Positions 25,451-39,800 of a stretch of DNA of 64,000 bases are shown in pieces; within the stretch, counting starts at the first letter, position 1, and each line of letters starts with the position of its first letter. A model generated the notes under the pieces. The model was given only the letters and a program-made list of their open reading frames with translations. It did no database searches and was not told the origin of the DNA. Origin of the DNA: Raillietiella orientalis (Eukaryota). The stretch spans positions 1,116,001-1,180,000 of the forward strand of contig JAYWIR010000010.1 in the NCBI GenBank assembly GCA_036172245.1. Reading direction: 5' to 3'. The translations under genes and the position numbers were made by a program.

Positions 25451-25849
25451 CCGTTCCTGCCATCTCAAGGAGGGGAAAAACCTCCGCCGATCGCTCGCAA
25501 GGTGGTGGTGCTGTCATTGCACAACATTGGAAGACACGGACGGTACAGCAGCTGCAAGCCAGGAGAGCGCACCTCTTCGGTGCGTGGTCTTTGGCGCACT
25601 TTCGGTGACATGAAAAGGATGTTGGGTTTCCACAGATTCGTGGGTGAGATGAAAACGACCTCGAGAAGAGAACCGAGTACTCGAGGAAGGCTAAAAAAAA
25701 AAAAAAAAAGGAGAAAAAAACGCCCTCTCTGCGACGAAAACGTGCGACGAAGAGAGCGAAACTTTCACTGGGTGGAACCAACGTTGCTTCGTCTGACGTG
25801 CAGCTCACGAGGGTTCCATCTGCATCTGCTTGCATCCCTTGTTTTGATT

Positions 25850-26160
25850 CATTCTCCGGTAACGTTCGGGCGAACCCGGAATCCATCGATAAGGATCAAA
25901 TTATCCCATCTTGTTCAGGCATCTGAAGCATCTCTCCTCCGAACAGGTGAAACGAGCAAATTTCCTAGGCGTGGCTTACGAATCCTGACCTTCTCGTTCA
26001 AGAAGAGTCTTGTGGCGGTCATTTGCTCTTCCATCTTCGAGTGTCAGCTATTAATCTTCTTGTGTGTCCCCTACCTTGCTACGTGCCCGGTTTCCTTCTC
26101 CGCTTTGTAGCAACTTCTCCCGAGCACATTAATCAGTCAGATGATTCTCATTATCTTCCT
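25850..26160 (-). mobile_element. Possible LINE ORF1 (RRM/CTD-type) remnant
   Basis: PRKFARFTCSEER..LNK and FRVRPNVT resemble PRPI.ARF....R...L and I..DLT. Confidence 0.2.
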
Positions 26161-27269
26161 TGAAGGCGCCGCTTATGATCCCTCACGCATAATCCATTCA
26201 TCCCAAGTCGGAAAGTTTCGTTCAGAACACGTGAAAGCCCGAGCGCACCTGTGGTGCACAGCAAGTTCGGATCGTGCAAGCGCATTTGTCACACAGCCGA
26301 ATCCATCATCTCGTGCAACTGCTGGCTTCCTCCTACAAGCACTGGCAAGGCCGGGCGAGACCTCCCGCGTCGATGAACACGAAGCCCTGGTCGTGAGGCT
26401 TCCGCGTCAACGGGAACTGCTGGGCGTTTGAGAGCAACTCTCTTGCCTTCTGATGAAGCAGGTTCCAATAACCTCTTGTTCTGTGTTCTTCACTATCTCT
26501 TGTCGCCTGGAATCAAATCCCAGCAGACAGTTTCGACGGGTTCAGCTTTTAGAAGCCGAAGGACCCATGGCGAACTCGAAATGAACGTCACCTTTACTTC
26601 TTCGTGACACCCACCACGAACCAGAACTATCTAGCACTTGCGGAAATCAGCACCATCCAGTTTTCGGGAACCCGAGCATCGCACCCTTCCTGCACGCAAC
26701 TTCCCCAGCCCACGAGGGCACCCGCTTGTGCACCCCTGGTCAAAAAAGGGTCTAATTTGCAGTGGCGGTTGCGAGTGCTTTGGTCTTCAGCAGCAGCCTG
26801 CATACGTTGACGTCTCTTTCGCATGACCGAAGAAGCTCAGATGGATACCTACAGAAACGATCCCTCTTCCAGGATTCGTTCCTTGCGTTTCCGTCGAGCC
26901 GAATACGCTTGGTTCCTCCATAGACGCGGTGCTGGCATCCATTTCTCCCGAAGATTCAAGATGCATTCACGCGTTGAGATCTGCCGGATGCAGCCACAGG
27001 AGAGACTGCTGGAGAGGCACGTCGGAACCGACGGTAGCGTCTTCGATCGGAATACGCTGGGAGGATGCAAGTGCAGGAAAGAAATGGCCGGATCGAATTG
27101 CGGCACAGCGCCGTTGCCTTTTGAGGCACTCCCCGATGGCAGATCGAGACTCCATTAAATAAAATCCACTAGGAATGCATGAAATTTCATTTGATCCAAG
27201 TGCGCTATGTAACTGTTAAGCAGGCATGGATCGGAACCTCCGTTTGCTGCTTCGACCGAGCCCAAGAAA

Positions 27270-27532
27270 CACCTGCTCCAGGTAACACAAAATCAGGTGT
27301 TTGAAGACATCGCAAAAAATGAACTTTTGTTTCGCTTCCACGCGGCGAAAGTCTATGCATAGGATCTCGGAAAGCTTCTTCCACGGTGTCAAAAGTGTTT
27401 GGAAAAAAATGGCGATCACGTAGAAAAATGACATGGGGATGGACGTGTTTCGAACCACTCATACATTTTTGTTTCTATTATTTACTCTTTCTTTTTATCC
27501 GATAGGCTTTTACTTTTAAGATACGCCTCGTA
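27270..27532 (+). mobile_element. Mariner element 3' end
   Basis: Encodes KLLPRCQKCLEKNGDHVEK* (mariner C-terminus); 3' TIR TTACTTTTAAGATACGCCTCG followed by TA at 27531-27532; same family as 51500-52053. Confidence 0.8.
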
Positions 27533-30500
27533 CTTCCTGCGATGGCCTGGTTTCCCCTTTTTTTTTGTTTTTTTAGCGATGCCTCTCACTGGAGAGGCTC
27601 TCTGGCAACTCCGGTGTGGCAACGAGGCTCTGCGGCTGTTGCTCGGTCCACCACTCGCTTTCCATGTTTCCCCTCGGGTCTAGTCGGGCCGACTACAACG
27701 GTCTCGTCTGTCGTGTCATGGACACCACCACCACCGCATCGGAAATCACCCCTACCCATCCCATCCGGAGCAGCAATCCGGAGCACCTGTTTCTCTTTGT
27801 TCCTGGTGAGATCTGGATTTCCGGTCTTCCGGCTGTCTGGACGAGCTCTCCCTTCTCCCTCGGGGGAAAAGGTTGCGAGTCATCCGTTGGCCAGAGGCGT
27901 CTCCCCCTCGCTCTCCCTGGACTGGGACGACGCGCCCACGCGACTCAGGGATGTGGGTTGCCAGGGTCCCCTTCGCGAAGGAGAATCAACCAGCCCAAGG
28001 ACGCCCGCTCCCGGCTTGTAAAATTGAAATTTCGAGCTTGGGTGTTCGCTAAGGATGGGCATTCCACGAAAGAGGGAATGTAACTCTTCCTCGTGGACAG
28101 CCAGCCTTGGTGATTGGTCGTGGAGCGTTGTGGCTGGCAAATCTCGTTCTCGGCTATCCAAAGTGATGCTACGGAATGGGCTACTCCAACGCTATCCGCG
28201 TCGCGAGATGCTGATGAATTCGACCATCAAGGATTGCCAGCACCGGCATGGGAAGAGAATGCTTTATGGATGCTGAAGAGTCCATCTCGCTGTTGTGGCT
28301 TCTACGCGGCGAGACACAAAGTCAGGTGGGGATGCAGCATCGGGAACGAGAGATTCTCACGCGCCGAACGTGAGCCGAATAAACGAACTTCGAGCATCAC
28401 ATCCGCTTTGCTCCCTTAGGGGTAACTTCTCCGTAGCGACGAGCAAGCGCATCCTCCTTCGAACCTCGGGTGGCCATGTCATCGTGAAAGTGCTCCACGA
28501 TCCCACGAAGCAGTTTTCTCCACACCGGAAACCGACGATTCACAACTCGCTGAGGTCGACCTCGTTTGGCACCTGGTCACTCCGGAGCGTCTATTCATGG
28601 AGACAAATAAGCAAGTCGGTGGGAACTGAGGTCCCGGAAAACAGCGAAAGTAAGTTCAAAGGGAAGGTTCATGTACCGGGTATTCAGGAAGTCCGGAGCT
28701 CGAGATAGAGGGGCAATAAATAAGTAAACAAAAAAAAGGAGAGGGCAGGAGGATAGGGACAGGGGTCTTTGGCATGAGGCACTCTTTCCTTCCTGAAACC
28801 GAAGCTGAATGGTGGCGACCTCCCTGGCAACTTCTTCTTCTTGGTGAGGCCACCGCTCAGCCGTCCCCGTGTACGCGGCTGCCTCCCTCCGTTGTGCCCA
28901 GGACTGCAGCACGGAGTGCGGCGCCTGCCGAGAGTCATCTGCGCCGCGAAGGATCGCCGCAGCCAAGTCCATGGCGGTGTTCCTCCTGAGCGTAGGAGCG
29001 CCGAAGGCGCAGCCTCTGTCGCAGTTCGCGGAGGGCACCACAGTCTACGAGCAACGGGCCCGGAAACGATCCGGGTCACCCTGCACCCGGAACAGTTTGG
29101 GGACTGTGCCCTGGCGCGGTGCCGCCAAGTCTTCAAGGCGAATGAGGAACATCCACGCCCAACAAGGACTGGCACGTGTTACAAATTCCTCCCGGCGAGG
29201 GGGGTGACCGCAGGGGATGTCGAATTTGGAATGTGACGCGGGCTCGCGTGTTGAAGCGCGGCTCTTGGCGCTCTTTCCTAGGCGCCCACCGCTTCAGTGA
29301 TTGAGAGCAGCAGCAGAAGGAAGCCTCTGGGGAGCGGGCGGTATTCTGCAAGAAGCACATCACTGGCGTGGACCCTTTCGCCTGCTTCTTGGCCTGGCAC
29401 CAAGAAGGGGAGGGTTACGTGCAGGTTTTATTCTGTCACCCTGCAAGCTGCCTGCTTCCCCCGAGAGCAGTCCTGATGTCTTCGAAGGTCCCTCCGGGTA
29501 GACCCGAGATCGTAGGAACAGAAGGACCTCCCGCAGTCCGCTCTGTCGACCGCCACGGACGTTTCAGGTGGACGCCAGAGTTCGAACAGCCGCACTCTGC
29601 GAAGAGGCAATGCAAGGACTAAACGCCCCGCGACTGCCCGTCGACAAAATGAGGCGTATAATGACTGCCGCCAACATCCAGTATAGCCGCGACATCTATT
29701 AGACCCATGGGTTGGGACATCCTCGGATGAAGGAATCGCCCGCAACATCCACGCCCAACAAGGACCGGTACCAGCCGATGCGTGTGCGCACGGGAGGTTC
29801 TTTGGAAGCGGTTCCAAGACCTCAAACGCATGAACAAAGGATGATAGCGGCGAAGATGGTGAACCTTGCGGACGACCTTCTCCCTTTACTCTGTGGAGCC
29901 TTTCCGTTCACTCAGCAAACAGCTTGCTGATTTCCATAACAACAAGAGGTATAACAGTCGTTCAACATCGTCTCGTAGTTCCGTCCTGTGAGCATTCCGA
30001 ATGTAATTAGGAGCAAGGCAAAACTCCTGATTCATGACGGAACGAGCATGGTTGGAACAATTTTTTACTTTTCTACCTCTCGATAGAATTTTCGACGCCA
30101 TCTTTTTGTTTTTTGTTTTGTTTTGATTTCGGTGAGATGCTGTGGAATTTCGGGCTCGGACAAGCAGGCGCTGAAAACCTGAAAGCTGAGGAAGCGAAAA
30201 GCTTCCAGCCATCATGGAAGCCGCCCCCACTCGGTCAGAGTGTCCACACACATCCTGAGAATGCATTCCCGAATCGATGCATTCCCTCAGATCACTGGAT
30301 CCTCGTTCCACAATGCCGTACACTGCACAGTGTGCACTCCGCAACCGTTGGCGGGTAGGTGTCGCTCAAGCAGAAACGAAAGATGGCGGCTTTCGGAGAG
30401 CTTTTGGAAATCCGTCGAGAGAACGCGCCTGCTTTCAGCGGGGGTGCTTTGTGCTTGTACTGGGGTGACGCAAAGCCTCCAAGAGATACGCAAGCGAGCT

Positions 30501-30687
30501 GCATTTTGGCATGCGAAGAAAGCATAGACGAATGGCAAAGCAAGAAATTCCCGAGAATTTCCAGTTGGGGGGGTGGGGAGGAAGTGGAAATCCCTCATCC
30601 GGCGCACCATCCGTTGCTTCATCGAGAAGACACCACACTTTTGTTTCTGCTTACTGGAGGTGCTTTTCGTTTGCTCCAAAAGCATCG

Positions 30688-30760
30688 ATATACATGTATG
30701 TATATATATATATATATTATTATTATTAATATGTATATATATATATACATATTATTAATT
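30688..30760. repeat. Compound (AT)n/(TTA)n microsatellite
   Basis: Read directly from the sequence. Confidence 0.9.
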
Positions 30761-32879
30761 TCAATATCGAGACGCTGGAATCATCATGAATGATGGATGA
30801 GCACGCGCTTATGTGTGTTTTTCCTGCAACACTCTCACTGCAAGCTTCTGTGCGATCAAAGATCATTTCTCGTTACTCCAGCTTCCACTTTTGCCCTTCC
30901 CAAATCGGGCGCTTTCATCCGTTGATCGCGTCGAAGAGCGGAGTTTCTCGTTAGAGAGTTGCCGAAGAGCTCCTTCCAGAAATTCGCACGTACTTGGGGA
31001 TTCGGCGTGGTCGAAGCGCGCCGCAATGCTACCTGAGCGGCGTTGCCATGGCGGCAGCGAAACATCCACCCCAGTGCGCTTCCCACTTTGGGAAGAAGCA
31101 AACGGCAAGCGCGCTCCGAAAAGACATGCAAGTGAGCTGCACAACCAAGGGAACGCATGCTCTTCCGGCCTTTCGCCCACTCATCAGAGAGTGAGCTCTC
31201 CGAGATCAATTGAGCGGTCGTTTCCTACAAGGGGCGAGTCGAGCCGTGATGGCTCCCCGTTAGACTTCCTGGTTCCTTCCTGGCGCCCGCCTCAGCACGG
31301 CGCTCTCGGACGGAGGACGCACGAAAGTTCGAAAAGATAGGAAATCCGTTCCGGGAAGGGAAAAACAGCAGACAGATGTTCTTTGTTTCCCTACATTCTA
31401 TTTTCAAGTAGGTCGTCGAGCGAAATTGTGGACGGCTTAAGAGAAAGCACTTTGCGTCCATTCCACAGACCGGGAGTTCGGTTTCCTGGATGCGGGGCGG
31501 ATCCAGAAAAGATTCCCGTCGCTGAGCTCACGCATTGCGCGATTACTTAAACCGAGACAACGTGCTCGTTGATCTGTTTTGATTCTCTTTTCTTTTTTCT
31601 CTTTTGGAGGGAGGAGGGGGGAGGAGGGAAGCACTTGGACGATCTATTCAATGAGGCAAGTAATTGCTGCAGTTTTGTAAAAGCCGTACAAACAAAACTG
31701 CCCCGCGTTTATCATCCAATCAGGGAAATGCATGCGATTTTCTGAGGCGAGCCGCTTCGAGCTTTATCAAAGTCATTCTCGTCGCCATGCTGCCAGGCAT
31801 CGGGTCATCAGGTTTCGGATAAGGGTAAATCGTTCTCGCGGCTCAACAGGGCATCGAAGAAAGGAGGGAAAAGAAAGCGGAATGATGGCTGGAGGCAACG
31901 GATAGAACGCGACCCGTCTTTCGCTGAGGCAAAGAAACTCGTGAATAGCCCCCTCCCCACACCCGATAGACCACGAATGGTGACGCCGACGACGGTGAGC
32001 ACACGAGCAGATCGAGAGCTTCCGAACAGGCGGGGGGGCAGCAGGGATGGCGGGTCCTCTCGACCTCCCCAGGACGGAGGGAAAACGCCGCGGTTTCTTT
32101 CCGGGCATCTCGAAGGGCAAGTGAGCGGGCGGCGAAATCCGCTTCCTCCCATCAGAGAGACTTCCACGCATGCCGGCGAGGCTTCCTGTCGGGAGGCCGA
32201 GCAAGCACCGGGCACGGCGGAAGAACTACGGGCTCCGGGAACAGCTCGGAGTGGTGAAAGAGAGGAAGAGTTTTTTTTTCTGTCTTTCTTTCCTCCTCCG
32301 GACTGTGCTTTCCCGTGTGTCCTCAAGTCCGAACCATCGAAGGAAAAGAACCACCTCGTGAACGTGACGATTCGAGAGATTAAAAGGCTAGTAATTTTCG
32401 AGGGAAAAAGCCAATTGCTCCCACGAAGAAGTTTGCAACACTCCTCACTTAGATTACTACACGCAGGACACGCAGAAAAGATTAGCGGGCAAGGGAATGA
32501 ATGCGACTGCCGAAAATGATCCGAGACGATCATGATGGTAAAGAAAATTTGGATTCCTTACGGAAGAAAAAAAAAATAATTGGATGTTTATATCTTTCGG
32601 TTCCCATTCCTAAGAACGTCATGATCCTCGCTGTCATCACGTCAACAACGTCCAGGCACGGAAGAGACGGAACAACATCCCGTCCTCGGCGCTTAAAGCC
32701 CTGGCCGGAAGCGATTCGGTCGTCTCGTGTTCCAGACCAGGAGCCGAACGAAAGGACCTTCCCTCTCCAGAATTTCCTTGAGGCTCACCATCGCACCCGG
32801 ACTACCCGCAGACCCCCTTGGCATGAAAAGGAGCATTTGCTCATCTCCCAAAGCCGCAAAAAAACAAAAAAGGCAAATC

Positions 32880-33824
32880 GTAACCCCAGAAGAGTGACGT
32901 TAAAACTTAGCACATGATTGGTCACGTCGTGTCATATGAGACACGGATTAGAATTGTGAAAACTTAATGATTTTTCATAAACACTTTGTTTTTTTGATGA
33001 ATTACAGTCATCTTCACAAACTATAAGTTATTTGCACATTCAGAACATTGAGGTTTTCGGTGTGCCCCACACCGAAGACCTCAATTGCAACAGGTACGCT
33101 GTTCCCTTCCTCTCCGGCTGGTGGAACGTGGAGGAACATTTCGCAGCGCTTGTGGATGATCGGAGGCTCTTGTGGAACATCCTGGAACCTCAGATCTTCT
33201 TTGTTTCGTGCAGATAAAATCAAATTTCGCGAAGGACAGATTTTTGCATCGTAACCGGCGTTCCATATGAGGTGATACAAGCTGGTGTATCCTAAATTCT
33301 GAAGGAACATTTTTCTGGAAATCTCTTCCATAATTTGGATTTCCAAGGCCGTTGGCAATGAACATTACATACGAATTTATCCCATCCCCGTCTAGCATTC
33401 CGCAAAAGGCTCTCAAAGGCCATCCACATCACTTTCATCAGCTGCAAAGTCGTCGTCTGGTACGCTCTCTGCTTCCGAATTTCCGTCACCTAAATCTCGA
33501 TCCTCGTCATATGAAAACTCTTCCCAGTTAGTTCCTCCTCTTTCATAGCGTCCAACCAACCCTTCCAGTTCATTTTGTGTGAAAAATTCATTATGGATGC
33601 AAATTTTGATAGGTAACGTAAAAGACGACGTGGTGTTGTGCACGACACGATCGGGAAGAGAATGAAACAAAAGGAACCAATGTGCACGCAATTGCGGTTG
33701 CAGGCATCCCGGAGGCTTGATCACAGGCAGCAGGAACGACATACTGGCAACACTGACCACGGCAGTCTGCAGCTTCTAGTTGCTGTGTGTCGTATACGAC
33801 GCCACGTCACCCTTCTATGGTTAA
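32880..33824 (-). mobile_element. Internally deleted piggyBac element
   Basis: Ends (G)TAACCCCAGAAGAGTGACGT and ACGTCACCCTTCTATGGTTAA form an inverted pair with TTAA at 33821-33824; internal repeat GTCACGTCGTGTCATATGAGACAC pairs with GTGTCGTATACGACGCCACGTCAC. On the minus strand an acidic N-terminus (EEFSYDEDRDLG..DDDFAADESD) joins directly to WPLRAFCGMLDGDGINSYVMF and a Cys-rich tail. Confidence 0.85.
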
Positions 33825-36800
33825 GTATCAGAACGACGAATGAATTCGTCTCAAGAGAAAGACAAAAAAAAACAAGAAAGAATATGGTGGTCGCCATTCA
33901 AGGAACCGTGAGCGCTTTTTTTTTTTTCTCTTCTTCTCCTTTTTTTTTTTTCGACCGAAATTGCTGCTGCGTGATCGTTCAGAGCCTTAAATCGGGAAGG
34001 AAACAGATCTTCCACAAACAGAAGAGGAAACTGGTCCGAGAGCCACATTTCATCTACCCGATTGGCAAATCGTTTCCGAGCGAGCCACGCAACGTGGAAC
34101 ATGCCGATCGAATTACGTGAGGTGGTGGTCGCGAATTTTCCGAGCTCGCATGACGCGGGATGGCGTCGGAGTGCTGCTAACGCACAGCAGCAGGAGTGCC
34201 ATTAAAATAATTATGGCACCAAAGGTGTTTTCCGATGGCGGGCGTGTCATTCCGGCATCCGGCGTGCAATTTTCCGACTTTTCCACTCCTCGGTAGAACT
34301 TTTTCTTTCTTTCTTTCTGTGAAATGCTAGGAGCAGTTTGGTCTTGAATTGGTGCAGCTCTGGGTCCGTTGGGGTTCCTCGAAAGCTCAAAGAGCTTCCA
34401 TCCATCGTTTTGCAAGTCAGAGTGTCTACACGTCTTGAGCATTTCTGATGAGTGCACTTCCTCGAATCACTGGGCATGAGTCCTGGAGATTGTTGCTCTC
34501 GGATCCTCGTTGCAATGGATGCTCTTGTTTGTTCCTGCTGTCATGAACGAGCAGCTGTGGTTGCAGTCTATTTCCGTGGTCTTGTCTGAGGCTCTTATCT
34601 GGAATCCTTGCTTCCTCTGCATTCTGACATCACTTTCCTTTCCCCCTCGCATATCTCTTCGAGCGCAGATGCGATTCCTAAGGAGGAAGTGAGACTCGTT
34701 TTACATGCTGTACACTGAACAGTACACTTCTCAACTGTTGGTCGGCAGGCTTCGCTTTCGTCCGAGGTATTTGGGACGTACTTGCACTTGTACGTGCGCA
34801 AGTCACGGTTCAGCTCTGTGCCACCCAATGCGAAAAATCCTCTGCATCCCGCGGCCTGTTTCCTGAAGAACCCCTCCCCTAGCGACTCAGTGGCAATCCC
34901 CTCCCGTTTGCTCGGGGGGAGGAGGAAGTTCGTCCGGGCTTCTTCGCGTTCGCGGTCCGATTCCGAATCGAAGACGGGCATGTGCGGGGCGATGACGTCA
35001 CCCAAGCGGAAGGTGGCAACTGCCGGCGGCAAGCCATGAGCGCGCGCGGCGTGGTCGCATCCTTTCGGCCACGCGAATCGTGAACAAGCCCGTTTCCTCC
35101 CAGGGGAACGGAACGGAATCGCACGCGTCGCGCGGGTGACATCCGCTTCCTCTGAAACGCGCGTAGCACGGTTGATTTTTCCCGCAATTTTCTGGTCGAT
35201 TCTCGGAACGAACACTCTTTGGTGTTTAGAAAGCTCTCGGGCTCCCCGGCAAACCTTTCATTTAGACCTGCTCGGAACCCGAATTCCATATCGGGAGTCA
35301 CGCCCATTAGCTACGGACGCAGCGCTTTTCCTCGAAGCGCCTGGCCATACTTGCGTCCATGGCAGCATTAATGAGTCGCAGTCACCGGCCCATGTCGGGG
35401 AGAGCGGAGTCGGAAACAAGTCCCAGACCAGAACTGGCAATGAGCGATTCCGGTCTCTCCCGGGGTGGCTCCTCGCCCCTCGAACCAAACTCCATCGGTT
35501 TCCAGAGCGGTCCGGGAAGCGAACGGAAATCTTGCGAAATCCCACGTACCGTTTGCGTGGCGGTACCACTGCCGTCGGGCGTCGTCCGCAGAGCGAAGCG
35601 CGTGGTTGGCCCGACCTCCCGTCCCCGTGGACTCATTCTGGAGTCTCGATGGAATGGAAAACAGAACAGGAGATCGCCCGAACTACGAACTCTTCAGCAA
35701 ACCTCTGCGAAATGGTCGGCGGGCCGCGCTCTCCGGTCTTGAAGGACGTCTGCCTCTCCCTCGGACTGCATGAAACACATCCTTGACCGAGACAGGATGC
35801 AATGGGATCTTGGACCGTTTCTCGGCAACGATAGAGTCAGTTCATTCATCAGCATTTGATTCTTTGCTCCGAAAAACGTCGTCGGGAAGACAAGGAGGTT
35901 CCCAGAAGTCTCAGAGAACGCACGCTGCCACCTGAGAAACAGTACTGTTCCCGAGAACTAAGTATTCTACTTGCGCCACAGTGAAGCAGATGCCGGATTC
36001 TTCCTCAAAAAAAAAAGAAAAACACATGATCTCCGATGCGAATGTACGAAACTCAGGTCCAAAGTTTCTGACAATGAATTGATGGCCTCAGTCCTGGTGA
36101 ACTTTGAAATGAACTTCCGGTCTGTGCGCCAGTTGAAAACCAAATTCGAATCTCCGATTCAATAAGTCTTTTTTTTTTCTCTCTCTCTCTCGGGGGGGAG
36201 GGGAGCAAGGGAGGAGGGCTTCCAGCTCTGCTCGAATCTCTCTGAAGGCAGCCATAAAAACAAAAATGAGAAGAGCTCGTTTCCAGAGATACGAATATCC
36301 CATGCAGCGGACTGGAAAACCGTCACCGATTAGAGGAAAGACCCCGGCTGCAACAAGGATCGATTTGTATCCCGCGGATGGTTGTCCTTTAGACGTCCGC
36401 CGAAAACGGTGAAGATGAATCCCGTCAGGCAGAACCACGTGACTGCCTCGTGAGAATCGTGAAAACGCTCCAGCAATTATTCCTTATATGTCAACTTCAA
36501 TGCACAACCGCAAGACTTCACAGCTGACCCTTCATCTGCAATGCTGCAGTCGTGTCAAATCTGGCGACATTAATCTTAACAAACCTCCCCACATAACAGG
36601 TGGATTGTACATTACGTGCTATGGGAGAGATAGGAGCAGTTTCAAAAGATCCTTGAATTTAATCGATTCTATCAAATGCTGCTGTTCCGAGCTGGAAATG
36701 AGCATACATAAATAAGGAGACGTTTTGCCTTCCCTCCCTCCGTTACGTGCACTGGAATCCATCATCGAGTTGAGAGAGAGTGAATGATCTGGCTGTTCCT

Positions 36801-39800
36801 AGGCAAGCAGCGGATGCACCCTGTTAATGCTGATGTATTCAAAGTGCCTCGCAATCATGGCCGCAATCAAAATTAACGGTTATTTAACATCCTTGATGCT
36901 GGCGGCTCGGAGTCTTCTGGTCCGCAAGCGAGCCTAACAAATCAAGAACAGGCAAAGCAGAAACTTGGGATGCAGAGAATCATTCCAGGAGTCTCCCAGC
37001 ATAATTAGGACTTTCGATTCCTCCTGAAGCATGGATCGCATCCATTGCGACGCACTGCTGAAATTTAGTCGAAGGTGTTTGCTCTTCTTTCGAAACGCTT
37101 TTTTTTCCTTCATCAGCGTTCAGCCAAAACTTTTCTTAGCCCAAGAACAAAGATTATCGTCATTGATCAGAACACCTGATCTGCAACATGTAATTCGCAG
37201 TTCCAAATCACTGATCGGTGCTGCCGATCATCATTTGATTCCAATTTCATTCCACTGAGAGCATTCTTCGCTTTTCCTCTGGCTAAAAGAGAACCAGTAA
37301 ACAAAATGTAGAATGAAAACAAGAAGCTTACACGTGGTACTCCTGATATGGATAAATAGAATACGAAACTCATTTTGCATTAATTGCAAACTGAAAGATC
37401 GATACGTGAAGAAAGGGACTGCGATCTTCGGCGAATTAGCATTCCGCACCTGATAAAAAAATGAGCTTTAAAGCTTTGATGAAAACCTTGCGAAAACCTA
37501 CCACGATTTCACCAATATGCTACCTGATGGGGGAAAAAAAACAGCGGTTTTTTTTTTTTTTTTTGGCTTCAGTTGAAAATTTCTTCCAATTTTTTTTTTT
37601 CATTTTATGTATTGAAATTTATCAGCGTTCGGAGAACCTGGAGAACGGATAAGCGAGATTCCTGCTGTAAAACCTGAAACCCTGAAGATGGCGGCACTCC
37701 TGCCGACCATGACCGTAGGCCTAGTTCCATTGAAGCTCGAAACGTAGGGTTCGCCCTCCTCAACGCGGTGAGGTCGTTTTCTCTTATCATTCGGTCGCAT
37801 GCGAAAACCTCCAAGAAGATGCAGAGGATGTGGATGTCGGAGCGAGCTTCATACGAAGCATTTCCGTACTTTTTTCACAAATCCATCTTATAAAAAGCCC
37901 ATGGTGAAGCGGAAATCTCTTTTACGGAAGCCGTGGGTACCACTTCTGGTCAGATGAGTGAGAGAGCACGCCAGCTCAGCAGCAAAACCTGGAACCGAAA
38001 CTTCTGGAATGTTCAAGTTCAGAGTTGGTTGTTTTGCCGAAAGCAAGCACAGTGCAAAGTGTAAGCATGGTATTTCCCTATGGTGATTTTTTTCTTCTTC
38101 TGCCACTCATCTGAAACCGCTTGCTTGATATGGTTGTGATCTTTGACAGTGAATTTCCTTTTCCTTTTTTTTTTGGCTGAGGACGCATAACGGACTCTTA
38201 ACGATCAATTTTCGGCATTTTTCCTCGCTTTTCGCGGGTGTTTTCCTGAATCGATGCCAGTTATCCAGAGACCACTGGACGCGAGCCAGCACGTATGACG
38301 CTCACGCAGTCTACAGAACTTGATTTTAGAATTGCGCTTCCGGCGAACACATTTCCACAGAAAGGTTTTTCAGTTCTGGTACAGCTTTCTGAATGGGAGC
38401 AGGGTGGATGTCATGAGTGCCGCTCCTGAAATCGTTCAAAGTTCCTCAAACGGTGTCGCAGCCTGGCGTCTAATTTGCAATCAGGCAGCAAATTAGGAAG
38501 AACACGGTTTCGTCCATCGCAAAATACGATGTTCAGCCCATGCAAGCAACCATGACTGTAAAACCATGAGATCTAAGCACACTTGGTGTTTGGAAATTTT
38601 TATACTATTGCATCCACGTCCAGCTATTTAGTGATGGCAAACAGCAACACTTTGACCTTAGCCAGAAGGCCGGCAAGCGACGGCAAAGCCGCGAAATCCA
38701 AGTGGCATTATATTTATTCTGGGTTTCTAAAAGATTAAATTTTTCAGAGATGAGGTATTTTGTATAACAGAACGAAGCAATAAAGCCTCTAATTGCACAA
38801 TCAGAATTTTGTAAATGGAACACTGGGAAAATAATCGTATAACTGCTTTCGAATTATTCAATTGCATGGATATGACAGTTCTGATTTGGTTGCGCAGTGC
38901 TCTGTCAGCTGAACTCAATTTGCTAACTGTCCCGAAAGTCACCAAGCTCTCACACTTGCACCGTTTTGGAGCAGCGTCATTATGCCATTAACTAAGGAGA
39001 ATTCCTGATAATGGATCACTAGCCAACTGCGATCCGCACAAGACTATCATTTTCAAAGGCTGTCTCCTCCGCAGCTCATTTCTGAATGGAGGAAAATCAG
39101 AAGGGACAGCATCAGGGCTGTGGGGTTAGCAGTGAGAAAGGACAGACCATCCGGATCCCGTAGCAGCATTAAGTGTTTCGTGGTTTGCGTGGGGTCGACC
39201 ATCGATATTCTCTTCATGGTGATAAAGGTTTCTTTTTCTTAGATTGCCACGGATCTGAGCACGAACTGCCCTCTCCGTTGCATCTTCCTCCGACGGATGC
39301 ACGTTCGATGTCCGTCTGCCCAACGCCCTACGGTCTTTCGAAATTTTGCAACTCTCATCCGGTTTGGAAGCGGCGGTGTTCAGCTTGTCTTCCTGTCATC
39401 CCCATCTATCGATAGAATGCTTCATCGCAGAGGAGAGAGAATGGAATGACCTCACCTTTAACCTCACATGGCTTTCGAGTGAAACCACCGTCAAGAAGTC
39501 CGTTTGGCTGTCCACACACATGCTGCCAGGATACCCTTGCAAAAAAAAACAGCACGGTCTTCCGGGGACGCGCACGTTTTCATCGATGAAACCGTTGAGA
39601 AAATCACATGGGCTGATCTACTGAGAGCATCGTAGGCAGCAACTGCGGATTCACCATTGTGAAGATGAACGAAAGTATGCTGATATGCCCACTGTATAAG
39701 TAGCCAACTAAAGAAATGCTGGCAGGGATTTTGACGATAAGATCTTGTTTTTCCATCCTAAATTAAGATGCGGGAAAGTTGCGAAAGCGCGTGAAATGAA

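Noticed and set aside
35950..36260. MULE transposase on the + strand (VLVNFE)
   Set aside because: Single weak motif; the minus strand reads better as a continuation of the TIG-repeat pseudogene.
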